Of a stretch of 64,000 nucleotides of DNA, positions 1-8,715 are shown one piece after another (the stretch's first letter is position 1; every line of letters starts with the position of its first letter). The position numbers and the translations under genes are program-made. Origin of the DNA: Leptonemataceae bacterium (lineage in GTDB: Bacteria; Spirochaetota; Leptospiria; Leptospirales; Leptonemataceae); NCBI GenBank assembly GCA_965227295.1, contig OZ245742.1:4000001-4064000 (forward strand). Direction: 5' to 3'. The notes beneath the pieces were generated by a model, which saw only the letters and a program-made list of their open reading frames with translations, was not told the origin of the DNA and made no database searches.

Positions 1-234
1 GGTGTTGAAGTACTTGTAGGCGACGTCGATGGTGATGCCCTGTTCCCGCTCGGCCTTGAGACCGTCGGTGAGCAGGGCGAGATTGAGCCGCTCGTCGCCG
101 TTGCGCCGGCTGGATTTCTGGATGGCTTCGAGAAGATCCACCTGGACCGCCTCGCTGTCGAAGAGCATTCGCCCGATCAACGTGGACTTGCCGTCGTCCA
201 CGCTGCCGCACGTTAGTAATCGTAAGAGTTCCAT
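1..234 (-). CDS. cysN: Sulfate adenylyltransferase subunit 1 (GTPase), N-terminal part; runs off the window
   Basis: Manual translation of the minus strand from ATG at 234: [27 protein letters not shown]...[15 protein letters not shown]; lies directly downstream of cysD. Confidence 0.93.
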   Translation of the reverse strand, partial: MELLRLLTCGSVDDGKSTLIGRMLFDSEAVQVDLLEAIQKSSRRNGDERLNLALLTDGLKAEREQGITIDVAYKYFNT

Positions 235-286
235 ATTTCGCTAACCGTTGTTCGTACGATCTTAGAAGGACCGCCCCGCTTGCGGT

Positions 287-1231
287 CTAGAAGTACCCGT
301 CCCGCTTACGATCCTCCATGGCCGACTCGCTACGTTTGTCGTCCAGGCGGGCGCCGCGCTCGGTAATGCCGCTGTGCAAAATCTCGTCGATGATGTCGGA
401 GATGCCCGTGGCCCGGGATTCCACGGCCGCGGTGCAGGTCATGTCGCCCACCGTGCGAAAGCGCACGGATTTTTCGGCGGGCTGATCGCGGTCGTCCATG
501 TAGATGAACTCGTTGACCGGGAAGAGCTGGTTCTCCCGCGTAATGACCTCGCGTTCGTGGGAAAAGTAGAGGGACGGCACGTCGATTTGTTCGCGCTCGA
601 TGTAGCGCCAGACGTCGAGTTCCGTCCAGTTCGAGAGCGGAAAGACGCGCACGTTTTCGCCCTTGTGGATTTTGCCGTTGAAGATGTGCCAGAGTTCGGG
701 GCGTTGCAGCTTCGGATCCCAGGTGCCGAATTCATCACGTACGGAAAAGAAGCGCTCTTTCGCCCGGGCCTTTTCTTCGTCGCGGCGGGCGCCGCCCAGG
801 CAGGCGTCGAATTGCAGTTCTTCGATGGCTTCGAGCAACGTCGTCGTTTGCAGGGAGTTTCGGGAGGCGTGGCGCCCGGTCTCTTCTTTGACGGTACCGC
901 GGTTGATGGAATCCTGGACATAGCGCACGATGAGTTTTGCGCCGACGCTGGCGACCAGGTTGTCCCGGAACGTGATGGTCTCCGGGAAGTTGTGCCCGGT
1001 GTCGATATGGACGAGGGGAAACGGAATGGGCGCGGGCCAGAACGCCTTTCGGGCGAGATGGACCATGGTGATGGAGTCTTTGCCCCCGGAAAAGAGCAGG
1101 GCCGGGCGCTCAAACTGAGCCGCGGTCTCGCGCATAATGTAGATGGCCTCGCCTTCGAGAAGATCGAGGTGCTCCAGTACGTGGCCCGCGCCCGGGTTGG
1201 ATGATGACGGATTCATGGCGATTTGAGACAT
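287..1231 (-). CDS. cysD: Sulfate adenylyltransferase subunit 2
   Basis: LFSGGKDS PP-loop, GARRDEEKARAKER, VRFRTVGD, MEDRKRDGYF C-terminus. Confidence 0.97.
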   Translation of the reverse strand: MSQIAMNPSSSNPGAGHVLEHLDLLEGEAIYIMRETAAQFERPALLFSGGKDSITMVHLARKAFWPAPIPFPLVHIDTGHNFPETITFRDNLVASVGAKLIVRYVQDSINRGTVKEETGRHASRNSLQTTTLLEAIEELQFDACLGGARRDEEKARAKERFFSVRDEFGTWDPKLQRPELWHIFNGKIHKGENVRVFPLSNWTELDVWRYIEREQIDVPSLYFSHEREVITRENQLFPVNEFIYMDDRDQPAEKSVRFRTVGDMTCTAAVESRATGISDIIDEILHSGITERGARLDDKRSESAMEDRKRDGYF

Positions 1232-1420
1232 GTATGAGGATGTGTTTCCACGAATTCAAAGCGACCGCTGATCGCCTCTAATTTTTTGGAAGGAAATAGC
1301 GGCCGGAGATGCCGTCAAATCGTTTTCTTAGTATTCCTATAGAAAAGATAGGAATTGGCTTGCGGCTCGCGTGGGCAGGCGGATTTCTGCTCCTGAAGGC
1401 CGATTCGGGCCAATTATCGC

Positions 1421-1729
1421 ATGACTCAGACCGCAGACACAGTCCGGCCGGCCGGCTCGAACCAGGAAGACGACGACAATGACGGTGTCATTGAGGAGAA
1501 GGCCTACCGGAGCATCGTGAAAGCCGTATCCTGGCGCGCCACGGGGACCCTGGACACGATGATCATCTCGTATTTGATTACGGGCAACCTGACCGCCGCG
1601 GCTTCCATCGGCTTTCTCGAAGTTTTTACCAAAATGGTATTGTACTACTTCCACGAACGAATCTGGAGTAAGATCAAGCTCGGCCTGAAAGTGAAACGCA
1701 AGCCGCCGCCGGTCGACTACGAGATCTAA
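1421..1729 (+). CDS. DUF2061-like small membrane protein
   Basis: RSIVKAVSWR...YYFHERIWSKI motif; typical neighbour of sulfate assimilation genes. Confidence 0.8.
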   Translation: MTQTADTVRPAGSNQEDDDNDGVIEEKAYRSIVKAVSWRATGTLDTMIISYLITGNLTAAASIGFLEVFTKMVLYYFHERIWSKIKLGLKVKRKPPPVDYEI

Positions 1730-1741
1730 GAGGAGCCGATT

Positions 1742-2485
1742 ATGACCACTGCCAGCATTACCGCCGACGAAATCAGCGAGCTGAACGAACGCTTTGCCGG
1801 CAAGGATCCGTCCGAGATCCTCGCCTGGGCCCTGGAACGTTTCGGGGAACGCATCACCCTGGCGTGCAGCCTGGGCCGGGAGGACACCGCGCTCCTGGAC
1901 ATGGCGGCAAAGGCCGCCCCGGAGAATGTTACGGCCCAGGCCTTCGTCCTGGATACGGGACGCCTGCACGAGGAAACCTACGAAACGCTTATGATGTGTC
2001 GGGACCGCTACGCCGGCCGGGCCGACCTTACGGTGATGTTTCCGAAGGCCGCGAGCGTGGAAGCGCTGGTGCGCAAGAAGGGCCCGTACTCATTCTACGA
2101 CAGCATCGATAATCGCAAGGAATGTTGCGGCATTCGCAAAGTGGAACCGCTTCGCCGTGCCCTGGCCGATAAAGACGCCTGGATCACCGGTCTGCGGCGG
2201 GCACAGTCCGTAACCCGTACCGATGCAAAGTTAGTAGAGATCGACGAGGCCCACGGCGGCATCCTGAAAATCAATCCACTCGTGGATTGGTCCACGGAGC
2301 AGGTGCAGGAATACGTTCAGGCGAACAAGGTTCCGGTGCACCCGCTGCATGCGAAGGGATTCCCGAGCATCGGTTGCCAGCCGTGTACCCGGGCCATCCA
2401 GACCGGCGAAGACGAACGCGCCGGCCGTTGGTGGTGGGAAGACCCGTCGAACAAAGAGTGCGGTCTCCACGTGAAAGAGTCGTAA
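1742..2485 (+). CDS. cysH: APS/PAPS reductase (Fe-S cysteine motifs point to the APS-reductase type)
   Basis: LDTGRL, ECCGIRKVEPL, GFPSIGCQPCT, RAGRWWWE, KECGLH. Confidence 0.95.
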   Translation: MTTASITADEISELNERFAGKDPSEILAWALERFGERITLACSLGREDTALLDMAAKAAPENVTAQAFVLDTGRLHEETYETLMMCRDRYAGRADLTVMFPKAASVEALVRKKGPYSFYDSIDNRKECCGIRKVEPLRRALADKDAWITGLRRAQSVTRTDAKLVEIDEAHGGILKINPLVDWSTEQVQEYVQANKVPVHPLHAKGFPSIGCQPCTRAIQTGEDERAGRWWWEDPSNKECGLHVKES

Positions 2486-2507
2486 CTTGCTAATGTCCGG
2501 GAAAGGT

Positions 2508-3359
2508 ATGTTAAGCAATGCGCGGCCGGGGACGGTGTATCTGGTCGGCGCCGGGCCGGGGGATCCCGGTCTGTTGACCCTGCGCGCCGCGGAACTGCTG
2601 GCCCAGGCGGATGTTGTCCTGTACGATCGCCTGGTCGGTCGGGAAATCCTGGGGCGTGTCCGGGCCGGGGCGAAGCTCGTTTCGGTCGGGAAACGTCCGG
2701 GGCGCCCGGGGAAGAACCGCCAGCGGAGGATCGAACGTCTGCTGATTCATTATGCGCGCCGCGGGAAAATCGTGGTGCGCCTGAAGGGCGGGGATCCGTA
2801 CGTCTTCGGTCGCGGCGGAGAAGAGGCCCTGGCACTAACATCCAATGATATACAGTTTGAGATCGTCCCGGGCGTGAGCTCGGCCCACGCCGTGCCGGCC
2901 GCGGCGGGCATTCCCATCACCCATCGCGGAATGTCGACGGCCTTCGGTGTCTTTACCGGTCACGAGGCCGGGGACGGTACCGTGTCCAGCGGCATCCCCT
3001 GGTCGGCCGCGGCGCAGTTGCCGACGGCGGTCTTTCTGATGGGCGTGAAGATGCTGCCGGTCATCGTACGCAATCTCCTGCAACACGGCCGTGATCCGGA
3101 TACGCCGGTGGCCGTAATCTCGCGCGGCACGTTACCGGAACAGCGGGTCCTCACCGGATTTCTCGGTGACATCGTATTGCGCGCGGACATGTTTGCCAAT
3201 CAGGGCCGGGCGCTGGAGTCGCCGGCGAGCATCGTGGTCGGCGACACGGCCCGCCTGCACGAAATCCTGGGAAGCGCGGAGCCGGATGCTTTCGCCGACT
3301 TCTTTGATGAAGAACTGGAACTGATCTGGCGCGGCGATCTGCGGGCGCCGGTGGAATAG
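2508..3359 (+). CDS. cobA: Uroporphyrinogen-III C-methyltransferase (siroheme synthesis); start could be 2493
   Basis: VYLVGAGPGDPGLLTLRA, VVRLKGGDPYVFGRGGEE, VPGVSS. Confidence 0.93.
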   Translation: MLSNARPGTVYLVGAGPGDPGLLTLRAAELLAQADVVLYDRLVGREILGRVRAGAKLVSVGKRPGRPGKNRQRRIERLLIHYARRGKIVVRLKGGDPYVFGRGGEEALALTSNDIQFEIVPGVSSAHAVPAAAGIPITHRGMSTAFGVFTGHEAGDGTVSSGIPWSAAAQLPTAVFLMGVKMLPVIVRNLLQHGRDPDTPVAVISRGTLPEQRVLTGFLGDIVLRADMFANQGRALESPASIVVGDTARLHEILGSAEPDAFADFFDEELELIWRGDLRAPVE

Positions 3360-3365
3360 AGTTGG

Positions 3366-3475
3366 ACTCCGAGGACCGAGGAGCCGAGGTGTTTTGAGGA
3401 CGCTCGTCCTGTTCTACCGTGTCAGGCTATGCACGCTCTCGTTTTTTTGATTCTCGGTAGCTCGGTCCTCGGAGT
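3366..3475. repeat. Palindromic intergenic element family A, copy 1 (110 bp)
   Basis: ACTCCGAGGACCGAG-gag-CCGAG ... CTCGG-tag-CTCGGTCCTCGGAGT terminal inverted repeats; four further copies in the window. Confidence 0.9.
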
Positions 3476-3487
3476 GATTGATCTTTC

Positions 3488-4285
3488 ATGAATCGCATTG
3501 TCGCTAACGTTTACAAATTCCAGGACATCCCGCATCCCGACGTCACCGGCAAACGCTGGCACGAGCGGGCGCGCGCGTTGGCTTTGCGCGGGACGATCCT
3601 CATCGCCACCGAAGGCGCGAACATCGCCGTAGCCGGGAAATCCGAATCCGTTGAGGCATTCTTAAGGGAACTGCAACCCGAGCTTCCATTCGACGAAGCC
3701 TCCGTGAAACGCATGCCCATCGCGGAGGACGAAGAGCCCTTTCGGCGCATGCTATTGAAAGTCAAAAACGAGATCGTAACCACGGGCGGCTGGGATGCGG
3801 ACCTGGAGTTGAACGCGGGCACCTTCGTAAAGCCCGCGGACTTTCATCGCATGGCGGAAGATCCGAACGTCGTCTTCGTCGACACGCGCAACGAGTACGA
3901 GACGCGGGTCGGGACGTTCGCCGGTGCAATGACGTTACCGTTGGAGGGTTTCAGCGGACTCAAAGAACGCCTGGCCGAACTGGAACCCTACAAAAACAGG
4001 ACCATCGTCACGTTCTGCACCGGCGGCATTCGCTGCGAAAAAGCCGTGCCGATGATGCGCGCGCACGGCTTCGCGAACGTAAAACAACTCGAAGGCGGCA
4101 TCCTGAATTACCTGGAGCAGTATCCGGACGGTTTATGGGAAGGCGAGTGTTTCGTCTTTGACGATCGATGCACCGTCACGACGAAACTGGAGCGCGGTTC
4201 GTACGTGCTGTGTAAGTCTTGCGGTCAGCCGCGGCGCGAGGATGTCTGTGAAAATTGTGGGGCGGTCCAGGAGGAAGCAGGGTGA
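3488..4285 (+). CDS. trhO: Rhodanese-domain protein of the UPF0176 family (TrhO-like tRNA U34 hydroxylase)
   Basis: LRGTILIATEGAN, DTRNEYE, FCTGGIRCEK, QLEGGILNY, WEGECFVFDDR. Confidence 0.8.
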   Translation: MNRIVANVYKFQDIPHPDVTGKRWHERARALALRGTILIATEGANIAVAGKSESVEAFLRELQPELPFDEASVKRMPIAEDEEPFRRMLLKVKNEIVTTGGWDADLELNAGTFVKPADFHRMAEDPNVVFVDTRNEYETRVGTFAGAMTLPLEGFSGLKERLAELEPYKNRTIVTFCTGGIRCEKAVPMMRAHGFANVKQLEGGILNYLEQYPDGLWEGECFVFDDRCTVTTKLERGSYVLCKSCGQPRREDVCENCGAVQEEAG

Positions 4286-4396
4286 ACTCCGAGGATCGAG
4301 GTATCGAGTTTTAAAAAACAGAGAGCAATCATAACCCGAACGTATTCAAGCTCCCATCAACCTCCCTAAAAACCTCGGTAACTCGGTCCTCGGAGT
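4286..4396. repeat. Family A element, copy 2 (111 bp)
   Basis: ACTCCGAGGATCGAG ... CTCGGTAACTCGGTCCTCGGAGT. Confidence 0.9.
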
Positions 4397-4406
4397 CGAT
4401 GCCTCT

Positions 4407-4823
4407 TCAACCGTTCCGGAGCTTTGCAAGTTCCTCGTAGCTTTGCTCGATGGTGTCTTCGATGTTTCCGATGCGCTGGATCACCAGTTTGAGCAGTGAA
4501 TACGGAAAGATCGGATTCACACGCGCGATTTTCATGAAGATCGTTTCGTCCAGGTAGCCCAGTTTCGCCCACTTCGATACCACGCGCACGGTGGCGGTGC
4601 GGGCGCTCTTGTTCAGGATGGCCATTTCGCCGAAGAACTGGCCGGGTTTCAGTCGTGCCAGTTCGTGGGGTTCGCCGTCCACGTCACGGATGATGGCCAG
4701 TTCCCCCTCGGCCACGAAGTACATCTTGCCGTCGGACTCGTCGTCCTGTTTGAAGATGTCGTCGCCCTCCTTGCGCATGTCGATGGCGAGGTTGTTGACG
4801 TAGTTGAAGATGTTGAGCGACAT
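4407..4823 (-). CDS. Stand-alone cyclic nucleotide-binding domain protein
   Basis: IFKQDD, MYFVAEGEL, PGQFFGEMAILNKSARTATV. Confidence 0.85.
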   Translation of the reverse strand: MSLNIFNYVNNLAIDMRKEGDDIFKQDDESDGKMYFVAEGELAIIRDVDGEPHELARLKPGQFFGEMAILNKSARTATVRVVSKWAKLGYLDETIFMKIARVNPIFPYSLLKLVIQRIGNIEDTIEQSYEELAKLRNG

Positions 4824-5254
4824 TAGTAGATTCCCCGCTTGCGTTTTTCCTCGGCGAGCTCTTCCCGTACACGCTGAAGCTTATCCTCGGCCGCGAGCAG
4901 GCGGCCGATGGAATAGCGCATGAGGTAAAAGATGAACTGCGGGCTGCTGCCTGCCAGGCGTAACAGCATTTCTTTGTTGATTACGGCCATGTGCGCTTCA
5001 TCGCTGAGCACGCGGGCCGTGGCCAGGCGGTTGCGGGTGTGCACCAGGGCCATCTCGCCGAAGAAGTTGCCCGGGCCGATGCGGTTGATCTCCTCTTCCT
5101 GGCCGCCGGGGCGGTCTTTGAAAATACCCACCTCGCCCTTGAAAACGAAGAACATGGTATTGTCCGGCATGGAGCCTTCGGTGAAGATTACGTGGCCCTG
5201 GGGGAAACGCTTGGAACCGATCTTCTGGACGTACTCGAGGACCTTCGGGGACAC
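4823..5254 (-). CDS. Stand-alone cyclic nucleotide-binding domain protein
   Basis: IFTEG, MFFVFKGEV, PGNFFGEMALVHTRNRLATA; stop overlaps the next start. Confidence 0.85.
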   Translation of the reverse strand: MSPKVLEYVQKIGSKRFPQGHVIFTEGSMPDNTMFFVFKGEVGIFKDRPGGQEEEINRIGPGNFFGEMALVHTRNRLATARVLSDEAHMAVINKEMLLRLAGSSPQFIFYLMRYSIGRLLAAEDKLQRVREELAEEKRKRGIY

Positions 5255-5313
5255 GGACGCATTTTCACGGGATGGTCCTCATCAGGCAAGTGGATTTATT
5301 GGGAGCGGGAGCA

Positions 5314-6135
5314 CTAAACACTCACTTCAAAATCGCGCAGGGCCTGCTCCAGGGTCGTTTTCTTATCGGTGCTTTCTTTGCGTTTGCCGATGATGAGCGC
5401 GGCCGGCGTGCCGTACTCCCCCGCGGGGAACTTCTTGATGCGCGTGCCGGGGATGACCACCGAGCGGGCAGGTACGCGGCCTTTGGTCACGACTTCCTGG
5501 GAACCGGTGACGTCGATGATCGGCGTGCTCGCCGTAATGACCACGTTGGCACCGAGCACGGCGCCTTCTTCGATCATGACTCCTTCGACGACGATGGCCC
5601 GCGATCCAAGAAAGGCGTTGTCTTCGATGATGACCGGCGCGCCCTGGGGCGGTTCCAGCACGCCGCCGATGCCGACGCCGCCGGAGAGATGCACGTTCTT
5701 ACCGATCTGCGCGCAACTTCCCACCGTGGCCCAGGTATCGACCATGGTGCCGCTGCTGACGTAAGCGCCGATGTTGACGTACGACGGCATCATGATGGCG
5801 CCGGGTTCGACGAAGGCGCCGTAACGGCATAGAGCCGGCGGCACCACGCGCACGCCGCGTTCTTTGTGATCGGTGCGCACGTCGATCTTATCGTGGAAAG
5901 TAAATTCGCCGGCGTTCATTTCGCGCATCTGCGTTACGCCGAAGTAGAGTAAGATTGCTTTTTTGGCCCAGGCGTTGACCTTCCATTCGCCCTGATTCAC
6001 GGGCTCGGCCACACGCAGTTTGCCGTCGTTCAACAAAGCGACGGCGTCTTTCACGGCCTGCTGGTTGGCGGGGTCTTTCAGGCCGTCGCGGATTTCGAAG
6101 AGTGCGTCGATCTTTGATTGGAGTTCTGCGGACAT
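5314..6135 (-). CDS. dapD: 2,3,4,5-tetrahydropyridine-2,6-dicarboxylate N-succinyltransferase
   Basis: RVAEP, WAKKAILLYF, MPSYVNIGAYV, DTWATVGSCAQIGKNVHLSGGVGIGGVLEP. Confidence 0.97.
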   Translation of the reverse strand: MSAELQSKIDALFEIRDGLKDPANQQAVKDAVALLNDGKLRVAEPVNQGEWKVNAWAKKAILLYFGVTQMREMNAGEFTFHDKIDVRTDHKERGVRVVPPALCRYGAFVEPGAIMMPSYVNIGAYVSSGTMVDTWATVGSCAQIGKNVHLSGGVGIGGVLEPPQGAPVIIEDNAFLGSRAIVVEGVMIEEGAVLGANVVITASTPIIDVTGSQEVVTKGRVPARSVVIPGTRIKKFPAGEYGTPAALIIGKRKESTDKKTTLEQALRDFEVSV

Positions 6136-6205
6136 TCATCCAGAAAAATCGGGGTGGTGGCTGCGGAAAACCAAAATAAACCGCGGATCATGTAGTAAGA
6201 AATTT

Positions 6206-6305
6206 TTGGGCGCGTCGCCTGCGGCGACCGGGCTACTTCGGGCTCCGCCTTCGGCTGCGGTCCTTCGGACTCGCGCTACGCGCGACCCTGCGTATCCCTC
6301 ACGCG
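6206..6305 (-). repeat. Multi-hairpin intergenic element family B, copy 1
   Basis: Minus strand reads GCGTGAGGGAT...GCCGAAGGCGGAGCCC...CGCCCAA; same ends and core as the copies at 13553 and 43303. Confidence 0.85.
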
Positions 6306-6316
6306 AAGAGGGGCGT

Positions 6317-7024
6317 TTAAGGCTCTTTCTTCGCCGGCAGGTCGTTCGTTAAGTAAAACTCAAACGCAGTTACGAGCGCGTCTTTCTGATTCGCCCAGGC
6401 CGTCTCCGGGTCTTCGCCGCGGAAGATCTCCAGCGTAATCGTGGGGATGTTGCGCTCCCAGCCCGTGTAGGTGCCGAGGCTGCCCGGCGTCGGATAGCCG
6501 ATGTCGCCCTTCGGAGGCAGGCCGTTCTTCGCGGACATAGCCGCTGCGAGATTTTCGCACGGCCCGTTGAAGTTGATCATGGCGTGTTCGTAGGAGTGCA
6601 GCGAGACGATCATGGCGGGCGCAATGCCTGTCAGAATTTCGAGGGTGAGCTTCGATTCGGGCTCGCTGCCGGCGGACGCGCCGGGATAGTAGCGCACGTT
6701 GGTGAATTCGCCGACCCAGTCTTGCGTGGGCAGGTTGCGATTCAAATCGACGTTGTGGCCGTTCGTCCGGCGATCGGCGGCACAGCCGTCGGGATTCAGG
6801 CGCGGCGTAATGAAGAGCGAGAGGCCTTTTTCTAACTGAATATCACCGGCAGTTACGGCGTCCCGGAAGCGTTCGGCGAGGAGATAGCCCTCGGATTCGT
6901 CACCGTGCACGCCGCCGATGAGCCAGACGTGGAGCCCACCCGTACCGAAACGACTGAGTTCAATGTCCCGGCCCATCACGGACTTGCCGGCGATTGCTGT
7001 CTTTCCTGATTCGGGGAGTTGCAT
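6317..7024 (-). CDS. M14 zinc carboxypeptidase / murein peptide amidase A-like
   Basis: GGVHGDE (HxxE), LNPDG, VDLNRN, SEPE, SLHS, TITLE. Confidence 0.85.
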   Translation of the reverse strand: MQLPESGKTAIAGKSVMGRDIELSRFGTGGLHVWLIGGVHGDESEGYLLAERFRDAVTAGDIQLEKGLSLFITPRLNPDGCAADRRTNGHNVDLNRNLPTQDWVGEFTNVRYYPGASAGSEPESKLTLEILTGIAPAMIVSLHSYEHAMINFNGPCENLAAAMSAKNGLPPKGDIGYPTPGSLGTYTGWERNIPTITLEIFRGEDPETAWANQKDALVTAFEFYLTNDLPAKKEP

Positions 7025-7043
7025 TATTCAATCCAAAAGATAG

Positions 7044-7156
7044 ACACCGAGGATCGAGGGACCGAGGATTTTTTCGGGAGGGCGATCGTAGCCTGAATGC
7101 TTTCGGGCTAAGTTAGATCTCTAGAAATCTTTTCTCGGTTCCTCGGTCCTCGGAGT
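7044..7156. repeat. Family A element, copy 3 (113 bp)
   Basis: ACACCGAGGATCGAGGGACCGAG ... CTCGGTTCCTCGGTCCTCGGAGT. Confidence 0.9.
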
Positions 7157-7165
7157 GGAAATTTC

Positions 7166-8476
7166 TTACGCATTCGTCCCGATGCCGTAGTACGTAAACC
7201 CGAGCTTTATCAACTGCTCCCGGTCGTGGATGTTCCGGCCGTCGAAGAGCAGCGGTTCTTTGAGCGCCTGTTTGATGCGATCAAAGTCCGGCTCCTGGTA
7301 CATGGGCCACTCCGTGAGCAGGAGCAGGGCGTCCGCGCCTTCCAGGGCGGAGTACATGTCCGGGGCGTAGGTAATGGAATCACCGAAGATGACCTTCGAG
7401 GTCTCCTCGGCGACCGGGTCCGTCGCCTGGATCTTTGCGCCGTGTTTCGTTAAGTGCTGGAGGATCGTAATCGACGGGGCCTCGCGCATATCGTCGGTGC
7501 CGGGCTTGAACGCCAGGCCCCAGACCGCGAAAGTTTTTCCGCTGAAGTCCGTGGTGCCGTAGTGTTTTTCCAGGATGCGCAGCATGCGTTCTTTCTGGCG
7601 ATCGTTGGTGCGTTCGATTTCGTGGATGAGCGGCGCCTCGTAGCCGGCGTCGTCGGCGATCTGCCCGAGGGCGCGTACGTCTTTCGGAAAACACGAGCCG
7701 CCGTAGCCGATGCCGGCATACAGAAACTTGCGGCCGATGCGCGAGTCCGTGCCGAGGCCCAGGCGCACGTCGTTGTAGTTGGCTCCCAGGGTATCGCAGA
7801 GATTCGCGACCTCGTTGGCGAACGAGATCTTCAGCGCGAGAAAAGCGTTACAGGCGTACTTCGTAAGTTCGGCCGACTTCACGTTCATGCTGAGGATCGG
7901 GTTGTCGGTCTCGTTGACGAAGGCGTGATAGAGTTCCAGCATCACGTCGCGGGCGCGCTCCGAGTCCGCGCCGATCACGACGCGCTCCGGTTTCATGAAG
8001 TCGTCGATGGCCCGGCCCTCGCGCAAAAATTCAGGGTTGCTCACGACATCGAACTCGTGCTGCGCATGTTTTGCCGCGGCCTCTCGAACAAGGTCCGCAG
8101 TGCCCACGGGAACGGTGGACTTGTTCACCAGGATCTTATAACCGTTCAGGTGTTTGCCGGTGTCCTCGGCCACTTTCAGTACACCCCGCAGGTCGGGGCG
8201 CCCGTCGCCGCCGTCCGGCGTGCCCACGGCAATGAACACGACGATGCTGTCCTGCACGGCCTCTGCGAGATTGGTGGTGAACAGCAGCCGGCCCTTCTGG
8301 TGATTGCGGAGCACCATTTCCTGCAGTCCGGGTTCGTAGATCGGCATAATGCCGTTCTTGAGTTTCTCGATCTTGCCTTCGTCGATGTCCACGCAGTAGA
8401 CCTGATTGCCGTATTCGGCGAAACAGGTTCCTGCGACCAGACCCACGTAGCCCGTACCCACTACTGTCAATTTCAT
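7166..8476 (-). CDS. ugd: UDP-glucose 6-dehydrogenase
   Basis: GTGYVGL, KSTVPVGT, SNPEFLREG, GYGGSCFPKD, GLAFKPGTDDMRE. Confidence 0.96.
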   Translation of the reverse strand: MKLTVVGTGYVGLVAGTCFAEYGNQVYCVDIDEGKIEKLKNGIMPIYEPGLQEMVLRNHQKGRLLFTTNLAEAVQDSIVVFIAVGTPDGGDGRPDLRGVLKVAEDTGKHLNGYKILVNKSTVPVGTADLVREAAAKHAQHEFDVVSNPEFLREGRAIDDFMKPERVVIGADSERARDVMLELYHAFVNETDNPILSMNVKSAELTKYACNAFLALKISFANEVANLCDTLGANYNDVRLGLGTDSRIGRKFLYAGIGYGGSCFPKDVRALGQIADDAGYEAPLIHEIERTNDRQKERMLRILEKHYGTTDFSGKTFAVWGLAFKPGTDDMREAPSITILQHLTKHGAKIQATDPVAEETSKVIFGDSITYAPDMYSALEGADALLLLTEWPMYQEPDFDRIKQALKEPLLFDGRNIHDREQLIKLGFTYYGIGTNA

Positions 8477-8576
8477 GGGGAGCCAGTTTTGTGAGCAGCA
8501 ATGCCGTGTCGAGCGGTATTAGAATGATGAAACGGGGACCTGTGACGATTCGGTGACAGGAGGATGGGAGGGGGAT

Positions 8577-8690
8577 AACACCGAGGACCGAGAGACCGAG
8601 GAAAGAGTGTGGAGGGTTGCAGTTCCTTGATCGCGTTCCAGCTATGAGAGTTCTCCGGATTTGAATCTCGGACCCTCGGTCCTCGGTGTT
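8577..8690. repeat. Family A element, copy 4 (114 bp)
   Basis: AACACCGAGGACCGAGAGACCGAG ... CTCGGACCCTCGGTCCTCGGTGTT. Confidence 0.9.
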
Positions 8691-8715
8691 GAATCCTTCT
8701 TCAAGATGTTCACGC

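Noticed and set aside
3366..8690. Family A elements as integron attC sites or composite-transposon ends
   Set aside because: The flanked genes are housekeeping, no integrase is present, and RYYYAAC/GTTRRRY ends are not conserved across copies.
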